Assembly (NCBI GenBank): GCA_963662285.2
Contig: CAXXMV010000006.1
Location: 576,001 to 640,000 of the forward strand
From: a bacterium
GTDB lineage: Bacteria > Hinthialibacterota > Hinthialibacteria > Hinthialibacterales > Hinthialibacteraceae
Length of the DNA: 64,000 nucleotides
Direction of reading: 5' to 3'
Below, piece by piece: positions 36,987 to 45,720 of the stretch. The notes under the pieces are model-generated. The model had not been told where the DNA came from. It saw nothing but the letters and a program-made list of their open reading frames with translations, and ran no database searches. The stretch's first letter is position 1, and every line of letters starts with the position of its first letter. The position numbers and the translations under genes are program-made.

Positions 36987-38405
36987 ATGATTATGAATTT
37001 GAATGATTTTTTTGATGCAGGGAAAACGATTTATCATGCTTCGGCGCCGGGGCGGCTGGATGTTATGGGAGGCATAGCGGATTATTCGGGTTCACTGGTT
37101 CTGCAAATGCCTATTGAACAATGCGCCAACGCATGGCTTGCTTTGCGTGATGACGGTTGCGTCCGGGTGCGCAGCGCATCAGTGGAAGCGTTGGGATTGC
37201 AAGCAGAAATTAATGTTGAACTTAAGAAATTTTTTGAAAATGGGAATCTGCTTGATTATGCTGAATGCTGCAAAACGTTTTCCGCAATTAAAGGAGGCGA
37301 GTGGTCGGCCTATGCTATTGGATGCGTCCTGGTATTGATCAAAGAGAAGGGAATTGAAATTCCCGGAGTTGATATCCTGATCCAGTCGGATGTTCCCATA
37401 GGCAAAGGCGTTTCATCTTCGGCTGCCATTGAGGTGGCGGTCATGTCCGCTTTAGCGGAAGCATGTCAACTCGATCTTGATCCTGTCGAACTTCCCCTGC
37501 TGGCTCAGATAGTTGAAAACCGGGTGGTCGGCGCTCCATGCGGCATTATGGATCAGCTGGCCTCATACCTGGGGATGGAGAATCGTCTGCTGCCTATCCT
37601 TTGTCAGCCGGTTCAGGTGTTTGATCCCATCTGTATACCAGAGCCTATACGTTTTGTGGGCATAGACAGCGGCGTGCGTCATGCAGTCAGTGGAGCGTCG
37701 TATAGCGATGTGCGCACTGCTGCATATATGGGATATTCAATCATAGCGCTCAATGAAGGCGCCGGAGTAGGTGATATTACTAATGCGAAAGCGTCATGCG
37801 ATTGGTCAGCGCTTCCCTATGGTGGATATCTGGCCAATATTGACGTCTCGCTGTTTGAATCCCGTTTTCAATCACTGCTGCCAATCCGGATTAGTGGAAA
37901 AGAATTTCTTGATAGATATGGTGATATCATAGATTCGATAACCTCGGTTGATCCTGATAATCAATATGCGGTGCAAACCTGCGCCGCGCATCCGGTTTAT
38001 GAAAACCACCGGGTCAACTCTTTCATGCAGATGCTGAAAACTTTGGCTGAACAGGATGCTTCATCGATCCAAATTCCCAAAATATTAAGGATGTTGGGCG
38101 ACTTTATGTTTCAGTCGCATTCCAGTTATTCGGCTTGCGGCCTGGGATGTGAGGGGACGGATGACATCGTTACCGCCGTTTGTGATTCGGGAATTAAGTC
38201 AGGCGTATATGGAGCGAAAATCACAGGAGGAGGCAGTGGTGGAACCGTTTGCGTGTTATGCGAGGATCAAGCAGGCCTGGAGACTGCGCAACGCATCGCG
38301 CAAGAATACTCGGATAAAAAAGGCATTGATCCGTTTCTATTCATCGGCAGTGGTCAGGGCGCCCGCTCTAAAGGCGTAAAAACAATAGCGAATGATAGGT
38401 TCTAA
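36987..38405 (+). CDS. GHMP sugar kinase most like the kinase domain of plant L-arabinokinase
   Basis: APGRLDVMGGIADYSGSLVLQMPI, P.GKGVSSSAA.EVA, VGAPCGIMDQ, GIDSG.RH, HPVYEN.RV, SH.SYSACGLG, GAKITGGGSGGTVCV; GGGGAG RBS before ATG 36987. Confidence 0.85.
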   Translation: MIMNLNDFFDAGKTIYHASAPGRLDVMGGIADYSGSLVLQMPIEQCANAWLALRDDGCVRVRSASVEALGLQAEINVELKKFFENGNLLDYAECCKTFSAIKGGEWSAYAIGCVLVLIKEKGIEIPGVDILIQSDVPIGKGVSSSAAIEVAVMSALAEACQLDLDPVELPLLAQIVENRVVGAPCGIMDQLASYLGMENRLLPILCQPVQVFDPICIPEPIRFVGIDSGVRHAVSGASYSDVRTAAYMGYSIIALNEGAGVGDITNAKASCDWSALPYGGYLANIDVSLFESRFQSLLPIRISGKEFLDRYGDIIDSITSVDPDNQYAVQTCAAHPVYENHRVNSFMQMLKTLAEQDASSIQIPKILRMLGDFMFQSHSSYSACGLGCEGTDDIVTAVCDSGIKSGVYGAKITGGGSGGTVCVLCEDQAGLETAQRIAQEYSDKKGIDPFLFIGSGQGARSKGVKTIANDRF

Positions 38406-38455
38406 AATCTCTTCTTTTCAGTATACTTTATTTACTTGATAGGAGTCTATTATCG

Positions 38456-39433
38456 ATGAATAAGAGAAATGATGACCACTCATTTTCCCGGCGCGTCTTT
38501 TTACATGGCGCCCTATCGGCCAGTTTATTGCCGCTGGCGTCATTTGCTTCAAACTCTTTATCTGCCAATTCCGATAGCAGAAAATCCCGCGTTATCGTGG
38601 TTAGAGACGCGAAGGCATTGGATAAAGATAACAAAGCCTGCGCAACAACAATCAATCAGATGTTGGAGAATGGTCTTCTGGCTTTAACAGGTTACAATAA
38701 TCCGATGCAGGCTTGGGGATATCTTTTCTCTAAAACCGAGCGTATATCAATAAAATCTAATATAAGTCTTGCATCAGTTCATAGGGATATCCATTCAGCA
38801 TTATTGTATGGACTTGCATCCTCTGGCATAGCGGAAGATCAAATCAGGATATGGGATAGAAACCGGGGTGGACTGGGACTGTCGCAGGCGGATGCTTCAG
38901 GTTGGAACTGGGCGCCTGGTTATGGTGCGGGGGGTATTAGCAGGGCTGTTGAGTGGGCGGATGGATTGATCAATGCTCCAAGATTGAAAAGTCATGAGTT
39001 GTCCGTGATGTCGGGGGCGCTGAAAAATTGGGTGGGCGCTGTTACCAATATCAATTGCCGTGATGAAAATGTTGTTTTTCCAATCCACGCCAACCATTGC
39101 GCTGATGTTGGCATGATAAACGCGTTGCCGGTAGTTCAGCGGAAATGCCGCTTGATTGTAGTAGACGCATTATTGCCGTTGTTCCACGATATGGATAACC
39201 AAAAGCCGTGGGCTTATAAAGGTCTGGTGATAGGGACTGATCCAGCGGCGGTTGATAGCGTCTGTTGGAGAATACTGCAAGGCTGCCGTAGAAAAACCAG
39301 TGGTGAACTGAATGGTTATAGAGAGATGCCTTTGCATATCTCAAATGCGGAAGCCAAGTATGGTTTAGGGAATTGCGGCTATGACCGTATAGAAACCGAA
39401 TTGATTGGTTGGTCTGAAGATTGCTTCATTTAA
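38456..39433 (+). CDS. DUF362 domain protein, Tat-exported
   Basis: SRRVFL; IK.N; IN.P.LK.H...SGALKN.VG; G.D..AVD. Confidence 0.8.
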   Translation: MNKRNDDHSFSRRVFLHGALSASLLPLASFASNSLSANSDSRKSRVIVVRDAKALDKDNKACATTINQMLENGLLALTGYNNPMQAWGYLFSKTERISIKSNISLASVHRDIHSALLYGLASSGIAEDQIRIWDRNRGGLGLSQADASGWNWAPGYGAGGISRAVEWADGLINAPRLKSHELSVMSGALKNWVGAVTNINCRDENVVFPIHANHCADVGMINALPVVQRKCRLIVVDALLPLFHDMDNQKPWAYKGLVIGTDPAAVDSVCWRILQGCRRKTSGELNGYREMPLHISNAEAKYGLGNCGYDRIETELIGWSEDCFI

Positions 39434-39459
39434 GTTAGAGCGATTCTATGTTGATCTCT

Positions 39460-40113
39460 CTAAACGATGGATTCGTTATGAACCCACTCGAATGCTTTCA
39501 TCAGCAGTTCGTTGGTGTTTTGCAGATTTAGTTTTTCTTTGACGCGGGTGCGGTAGGTTTCGATAGTTTTTATGCTGAGATGCAGCTGATCCGCTATCTG
39601 GCGCGTGGTGTATCCCTGCCCGATTAATCTGAATACATCCAACTCACGGTCGCTTAATATATCCATATCGGAAGTGGAAGCATTCAATGAGGAGCCGGAT
39701 ACCTTATGCAGTATTTTAGAAAGGATGCTGTCGCTGACATACATTTCACCTTTCAAAACTTTGCGTAGAGCGAACATGATTTGATCGGTCAGTTCTCTCT
39801 TCATGATATAGCCATTAGCGCCGGCTTTGAGCGCACGTTCAGCGAAAAGGGATTCTTCATGAAGCGAGATGACCAGTACGGGAAGGTTTCCAACTTGAGC
39901 ACGGATATTCTTGATAAGGTCGATTCCGTTGGTTCCCCCTAAATGTATATCTACAATCACAACATCCGGTTTAAGTGAATTAACTTTTTCAAATGCAGTA
40001 TGCGTATCTCCTGCTTCGTCGCATACGATTAAATCATCTTCTTGATCAATGAGTTGTTTTAACCCATGACGTACGATAGGATGATCATCGACCAGCAATA
40101 CTTTTTTTCTCAT
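39460..40113 (-). CDS. NarL/FixJ-family response regulator (REC + LuxR HTH)
   Basis: LLVDDHP.VR.GL, PDVVIVDI, GA.GYI.K, LSDRE..V..LIGQG....IA..L.LS.KT.E.YR. Confidence 0.95.
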   Translation of the reverse strand: MRKKVLLVDDHPIVRHGLKQLIDQEDDLIVCDEAGDTHTAFEKVNSLKPDVVIVDIHLGGTNGIDLIKNIRAQVGNLPVLVISLHEESLFAERALKAGANGYIMKRELTDQIMFALRKVLKGEMYVSDSILSKILHKVSGSSLNASTSDMDILSDRELDVFRLIGQGYTTRQIADQLHLSIKTIETYRTRVKEKLNLQNTNELLMKAFEWVHNESIV

Positions 40114-40614
40114 TGCTTATAGTCTCTAACTGTAGAATATAATATCGGATGAATACAACAAGAAACCTATCTCGAAACAGAATTGCTGGCGGGAAAAAGT
40201 AGTATTGATCAGTCCAATTCACCCAAGAAAGAACTAATCCAGATAAAAAATAACAATTCAAATACTAGAGCGGTTCTCAAAATCATGTTCAATTATTGTC
40301 GCATTTGATCTTCGGAAAATCCGATCTATTACGGTTTTTTCGAAACGCAAATAAGAACGTTATTATGCAAACCACCTAAATTAAAATGACGCCAGAATAT
40401 CTAAATTATATTAGCATTAATCATAAAGTGTAGAGATAATAATCCGATTTTTAAGATTATATATAAAGAAATATAATAGAGAATTATGATGAGTTTCTCT
40501 ATATTGCACTATTTGTTAAAGATAATTGGCTCAAACAAGAAAAAAAACTTCCGGGAAAAACAAGCATATGAATTAACAAAGCCTGAAAATAAACGAGTTT
40601 GAATATCCAGATGA

Positions 40615-40953
40615 TTAAAGCATCATTTTATCAAGCGCTTCGAATTCAGAGGGGAAAATTTTGAAAACTTTATCGAGTTGAACAACTTGGAACAATTCCT
40701 CAATTTGAGCATTTAACGCGCAAAAAGCAAAAATGCCTTTTTGGCTCTCAACACTTTTTTGGCATTCAACCAGAGTTCGGATGCCGGAACTGCTTAAATA
40801 TTCCAGGTTAGAAAAATCAAGCAGAATCTTGGTTGCGCCATCCTGGATATTTTTCTTTACAATAGAACTGAACTCATTAAGCGCATTGAAATCCATTCGC
40901 CCATGAGGTTGGATGATAGTTATGTCTGATTCGGTTCGTACATCAATCTTCAT
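40615..40953 (-). CDS. STAS-domain anti-sigma-factor antagonist (RsbV/SpoIIAA-like)
   Basis: GRMD, LLDFS.L.YLSSSG(phospho-Ser)IR.L, F....LD..F.I. Confidence 0.92.
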   Translation of the reverse strand: MKIDVRTESDITIIQPHGRMDFNALNEFSSIVKKNIQDGATKILLDFSNLEYLSSSGIRTLVECQKSVESQKGIFAFCALNAQIEELFQVVQLDKVFKIFPSEFEALDKMML

Positions 40954-41137
40954 CTGTCGTTTCCTAACTCAATATATGATATGGATGATAAATAAAAGAG
41001 TTTCTCATTAATTCATGAATACTTGCCAACATAACGTAATAGTTTATAACATTTTAACGTTATTTTAGAAGCTTACAACACCTGGAACGCATTTCCATAT
41101 ATTTATAAACAGCATTTTTTGAAAACATTGGATTGCT

Positions 41138-42331
41138 TCAAGTCCTGATTTTGGGGAATGTTAGGCTTTGTTTTAGAGTATGCTGGTTTGAAAATCGCTC
41201 CAATATTTCGAAAGTCAGTAAGGTTAAATCATCAGTTGGCTCGATATTGCGGAAATTTTCAACCTGTTTAAAGATTATATCTATCATTTCCTTGGGCGGA
41301 TGATCTATGGCTTGATAAATGATATCCAAAAATCTTTCCGGGCCGAGTATATCGCCATCTTCCTTCCTGGATTCAATAAAACCATCGGTATAGAGAATGA
41401 TTCTATCACCAAAATTTATTGGAATAGTTAACTGGCTGGATTGATCAAGCGATGCTTCTTGAAGACCGATGGGCAGTATTTGCGAGGCTATGCAATCAAT
41501 CTTCTTCTCTTTATTACGCCAGATAAGAATGTCTGGATGGCCGGCGTTTACTAAAGTTAATTGTCCATTTTGGATATCAATCAAGATTAAGGCCATTGTG
41601 CAAAAAAGCCCGGTCATACTAAATTGTTCTAAAGAAATATTATTGATTTGTTCAATAATTCGGTATGGCGCATGAGATTGAACAAACAAATCAGTTAATT
41701 GGTAATGAATCATGGAGGCTATTAAGGCTGCCGAAACTCCATGCCCGGTGACATCGTATAACGCTGCGATCAATGAACCATCGTCATATTGCCTGGTGGT
41801 TAGATAGTCTCCACCGATTTCAATCAGCGGTTCATAACGCAAGTTCATTCTTATATGGCCATCATCAAATTCGTAGGGCAGCATACACTGTTGAACTCTG
41901 GTAGCTAAGTGCAGATCATTTTTTAGTTGTTTTTCGTGTTCGTGAACTTTTCTTTCTAATTCAGATTGTTTTAAGACTCTTTGAATTATCTGAAGCAAAT
42001 AATCAAAATTGACTGGCTTGGTTATAAAATCGGACGCTCCGAGTTTCATGGCGTCAACGGCGCGATCGATAGTGGCGAAAGCAGTCATTATGATGATGGG
42101 GATATCTATTTCGCGTTTTTTGCATTCACGCAATAATTCCATACCATCCATCTCCGGCATTTGTATATCGCTTAGAATGGCATCGGGATTATGATGGTCG
42201 AGCATTGTTAAGGCGGTTTCACCATTTTCGGCGCTAATGGTTGATAAGCCTGCCTTTTTTGCAAACTTGCATAATAAGAGACGAATCTCTTCTTCATCAT
42301 CTACAATTAAAAGAAGAGGTGATTTGTTCAT
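41138..42331 (-). CDS. Response regulator fused to a SpoIIE/PP2C phosphatase (RsbU/RsbP-like)
   Basis: REC: VDDE, SDI.MP.MDG, DF.TKP. PP2C: A..VQ..MLP, IGGDY, DVTGHGVSAAL, NAGHP, LYTDG, DD.T. Confidence 0.93.
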   Translation of the reverse strand: MNKSPLLLIVDDEEEIRLLLCKFAKKAGLSTISAENGETALTMLDHHNPDAILSDIQMPEMDGMELLRECKKREIDIPIIIMTAFATIDRAVDAMKLGASDFITKPVNFDYLLQIIQRVLKQSELERKVHEHEKQLKNDLHLATRVQQCMLPYEFDDGHIRMNLRYEPLIEIGGDYLTTRQYDDGSLIAALYDVTGHGVSAALIASMIHYQLTDLFVQSHAPYRIIEQINNISLEQFSMTGLFCTMALILIDIQNGQLTLVNAGHPDILIWRNKEKKIDCIASQILPIGLQEASLDQSSQLTIPINFGDRIILYTDGFIESRKEDGDILGPERFLDIIYQAIDHPPKEMIDIIFKQVENFRNIEPTDDLTLLTFEILERFSNQHTLKQSLTFPKIRT

Positions 42332-42479
42332 TTGGCGCTTCCTCTGCGGTGTGATGAATTAGCATTAAATAATATAACAATATTCTCCCATGCAAAATAT
42401 GAGTTTGTAAGATAACTCATCAGTGATGGTTAAAAAAACTGCGGAGGATTTATGTTGAATTTCACGAATTCCACCGTAG

Positions 42480-42505
42480 TATCTACTATCTACTATCTAC
42501 TATCT
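42480..42505. repeat. Heptamer tandem repeat (TATCTAC, 3.7 units)
   Basis: TATCTAC-TATCTAC-TATCTAC-TATCT in the divergent intergenic region. Confidence 0.8.
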
Positions 42506-42770
42506 CATATTTTCATCATATTGAATACGGTTCCCATTCAGGTTGTTCAAGATATTTATTTGCTTCATCATTTACAAAAACTTTGTTTACTGATTGATTA
42601 TAGTGATTATTACGAAATTATAAAATTTAATATTCGGATAAACCACTAAATAGTATTTGCTATTATTGCCAGTAGGTTTTATTATAAATGTAGTGATAAT
42701 TATTAGAAATAAATGTACGTTCAACCATTGATTTGTTGTGGACGGTTATAAAAAGGAGAACAGTATAATC

Positions 42771-43808
42771 ATGCAATCAAATAGAAGAAATTTTATACGA
42801 ACTGCTTTTGCGGGAGGCGCCGCCGCTGCTTTTATTAAACCTTCATTCGCTTTGCAGAGCAGCATGCAAAACAAGAATAAAGCGAGCATTTCAGTTGGCG
42901 ACGATCATACCCAAAACATTATTAATTCCTTAAAACCGCAAGCACAGCAAATAAAAGCAGCTATTGCAAACCGCAAAGTGATAATCAAACCCAACAATGT
43001 CTCTATCACCACTCAATTAAGCGCCACCCACGCTGATAGTTTGACTGGTATAGTTGAATTCCTTAAATCAATCTGTGTTTCTACCAATGATATGGTGATC
43101 GCTGAATCAGCCGCCAGCGGTCCGACTTTGGAAGGTTTTGAGAATTATGGTTATAACAAAATAAATAAAAAATATGGCGTTGATCTGGTCGATTTAGATC
43201 AGGAGCCTATCCAGAGAGTGCATGTTATCAGCGATGAGACTTTCCATCCGGTGTTTGTCAGGATGTCAAAACTACTGCTTGATCCTGAAACATTTGTGAT
43301 CTCCGCCGCTGTTATGAAAACTCATGACCGGGTTGTTACTACATTGTCGCTTAAAAATATCATCTTTGGCGCTCCAATCAAAGATGTAGGTTTCCGTTGG
43401 GGTGGAGATAGTAAAAAAGGCGCCCGTAATGATAAGCCGCTAGCGCATGGCGGCGGTTTTAAAGGCGTCAATTACAACCTCTTCCAACTGGCGCCGAAAC
43501 TTGGTCCTGATCTGGCCGTGATTGACGGCTTCCAGGGCATGGAAGGCAACGGGCCGGTCGGTGGAACTCCAGTCGATCATAAAATCGCCGTCTCCAGCCT
43601 GCATTGGTATTCGGCGGACCGTACGGCGCTGGAACTGATGGGCATCGATGTCGCCGATGTCGGGTATATGAACTACTGCGCTCAAGCCGGTATGGGTGAA
43701 ATTGATGTCAACAAGATTGAACAGTTAGGCGAACCAATAAAGGGCAATATCAAAAAATATAAATTGTCCACCAGTTTTGAAAAGCAGTTGATGTGGAAGG
43801 AAACTTGA
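42771..43808 (+). CDS. DUF362 domain protein, Tat-exported
   Basis: AGGAG RBS; NRRNFI; V.IKPN; KTH....TLSLKN...G; IDG..GMEGNGP..G; LMG. Confidence 0.88.
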   Translation: MQSNRRNFIRTAFAGGAAAAFIKPSFALQSSMQNKNKASISVGDDHTQNIINSLKPQAQQIKAAIANRKVIIKPNNVSITTQLSATHADSLTGIVEFLKSICVSTNDMVIAESAASGPTLEGFENYGYNKINKKYGVDLVDLDQEPIQRVHVISDETFHPVFVRMSKLLLDPETFVISAAVMKTHDRVVTTLSLKNIIFGAPIKDVGFRWGGDSKKGARNDKPLAHGGGFKGVNYNLFQLAPKLGPDLAVIDGFQGMEGNGPVGGTPVDHKIAVSSLHWYSADRTALELMGIDVADVGYMNYCAQAGMGEIDVNKIEQLGEPIKGNIKKYKLSTSFEKQLMWKET

Positions 43809-43810
43809 TT

Positions 43811-43872
43811 TTAATTATTCTTGGTGGGCTACGCTTTCGCTTTTAGCCCACCCTACGCGTAGGCGTGTTTAA
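43811..43872 (-). repeat. Repeat family B, full copy (GTAG-type REP-like) between convergent genes
   Basis: Minus strand reads ATTAAACACGCCTACGCGTAGGGTGGGCTAAAAGCGAAAGCGTAGCCCACCAAGAATAATTAA. Confidence 0.82.
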
Positions 43873-45569
43873 TCAATCAATTTCACGTCCACATATTGCA
43901 TACCTGTATTCTTATCGCCTTGATTGATCCATGCCTCCAGACGCGCTGAGCCTGCGGGTAAATTAACTGTTTGCAAAGTGCATTCTTCATCGCCTTTGCG
44001 TAACTCTTGTTTCAGAATCACGTTGCGCAGTTTGAAATAACCGACCGCGTCTGATTGCAATGGATGGAATCTCAACCGGATGTCGTATTTGGCGGTCTTT
44101 AATATTTCCACTTCCCAATAGCCAATGGAATCCTTGCCCCATCCCGCGTCCGGGCCGCGCCAATCCTGGGGAGTCAATATGGTTGGATTTTCCTTGGGTG
44201 AACCTATATGTATCCTCGGTGGAGCATAACCTCTTTCGCCGGATACATCCCTGAACCATTCCAGGTATTCATCACGCATTTGGGCAACCATCTTTGGATT
44301 ATCATCCGCGATATCAGTCTTCTCATAGGGGTCGTTTTGGATATCGTAGAGTTCCACTCCATTGATCAGTTTGTATTTCTGGCTGCGAACTGCGCAATCG
44401 CGGAAACGTTCGGGAACGTCGCCGCGATGCCATTGGAAGAATAGGTTCCTGTCATCCCATTTAGGCGAATCTTGAGTCAGTAAGGGCATCAGGCTTCTAC
44501 CGTCTAATGCGACATTATCAGGTTTTTTGATTCCACATGCGTCAAGGATAGTGGGCGCAACATCGATATGGGCGGCGATGCGGTCTGAATTATTGCCCGG
44601 CTTTAATTTGTTGGGCCAGCGGATAAAGAATGGAACGCGGATGCCTCCTTCATAGACTTGACCTTTTCTACCCCGTAAGCCTGCGGTATAGCGTTTTTGT
44701 TTCGGGCCATTGTCGGTTAGAAAGATAACGATGGTATTCTCTTCCAGGTTCAGGCGCTTCAACGCAGCTAGTAGTTTACCCAGGTTGTCATCAATATTCT
44801 CAACCATGCCATAGACTTTGGCGGTTGTATCATCGAGACCCATATCACGGTATGGTTTGACGTATTTTTCGTCGATCTGTAATGGCGTATGGGGCGCGTT
44901 GGTCGCCAGATAAGTAAAGAAGGGTTGGTCTTTATTATTTTCTATGAAATCAATGGCGGCGTCAGTGAAAATATCGGTGCAATAGCCTTTGAAGGTTTTG
45001 AACCGTCCGTTGTGTAACAACTCTGGATCATCATACTTGCTGCCGGGAGGGTTAGCTGGTTGGGCTAGACCGCCTCCCATGTGGATTAGATATTCATCGA
45101 ATCCCTGGTCGTCGGGTCGCATAGGGACATTATCGCCTAAATGCCATTTGCCGAATATTCCGGTTTTGTATCCCGCCGCGCTCAGCATTTCCGCTATAGT
45201 GGTCTCTTCGCCGTGCATCATGGCGCGGCCTAAATAAGTATCGATGGCGCCGGTGCGGTAATTGTATCGCCCGGTCATCAGGCTGGCGCGGGTGGGGGCG
45301 CAAACCGGACATACGTAGAATTGGGTCATAACGGCGCTCTGCTTGGATAGGGCGTCCATGTGGGGAGTGTGGATTTTATCGTTGCCATGAACGCCGATGT
45401 CGCCATATCCCTGATCGTCGGTCATTATCAATACGACATTAGGACGTTTACTATTATCGTCTGCACTGAAAACGGATGGACACGCCGCTGCTCCAAGACC
45501 GCTGGCTATAAGGGAAGTGAAAGCTCTTCGGTTCAATAATGGGTGTTGACTGGTTTTAATATTACTCAT
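43869..45569 (-). CDS. Arylsulfatase (S1 family, Cys-type), Tat-exported, with C-terminal beta-domain
   Basis: NRRAF; RPNVVLIMTDDQG; CAPTRASLMTG; GKWHLG; TDNG; YEGGIRVP. Confidence 0.95.
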   Translation of the reverse strand: MSNIKTSQHPLLNRRAFTSLIASGLGAAACPSVFSADDNSKRPNVVLIMTDDQGYGDIGVHGNDKIHTPHMDALSKQSAVMTQFYVCPVCAPTRASLMTGRYNYRTGAIDTYLGRAMMHGEETTIAEMLSAAGYKTGIFGKWHLGDNVPMRPDDQGFDEYLIHMGGGLAQPANPPGSKYDDPELLHNGRFKTFKGYCTDIFTDAAIDFIENNKDQPFFTYLATNAPHTPLQIDEKYVKPYRDMGLDDTTAKVYGMVENIDDNLGKLLAALKRLNLEENTIVIFLTDNGPKQKRYTAGLRGRKGQVYEGGIRVPFFIRWPNKLKPGNNSDRIAAHIDVAPTILDACGIKKPDNVALDGRSLMPLLTQDSPKWDDRNLFFQWHRGDVPERFRDCAVRSQKYKLINGVELYDIQNDPYEKTDIADDNPKMVAQMRDEYLEWFRDVSGERGYAPPRIHIGSPKENPTILTPQDWRGPDAGWGKDSIGYWEVEILKTAKYDIRLRFHPLQSDAVGYFKLRNVILKQELRKGDEECTLQTVNLPAGSARLEAWINQGDKNTGMQYVDVKLID

Positions 45570-45656
45570 CAGTTTTCTCCGAATTAACGTATTTTATTAT
45601 GACAACTACTCTCAGTTTATTCGATCATTATAAGACATGATAGATGAGAAGAATGA

Positions 45657-45695
45657 TAAAAATAAATCCCTTGCCGGATTATCAGCAAGGGATTT
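45657..45695 (-). terminator. Intrinsic terminator of the DUF1080 gene
   Basis: AAATCCCTTGC / GCAAGGGATTT stem, followed by a T-rich tract on the minus strand. Confidence 0.7.
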
Positions 45696-45720
45696 CGATG
45701 ATTCTTATTTGAATATGTGA

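Noticed and set aside
42452-42649. 65-aa ORF with a GGAGG RBS upstream of the second DUF362 gene
   Set aside because: It runs through the heptamer repeat and very AT-rich DNA with no motif. I cannot support it as a gene, though it is not strictly excluded.
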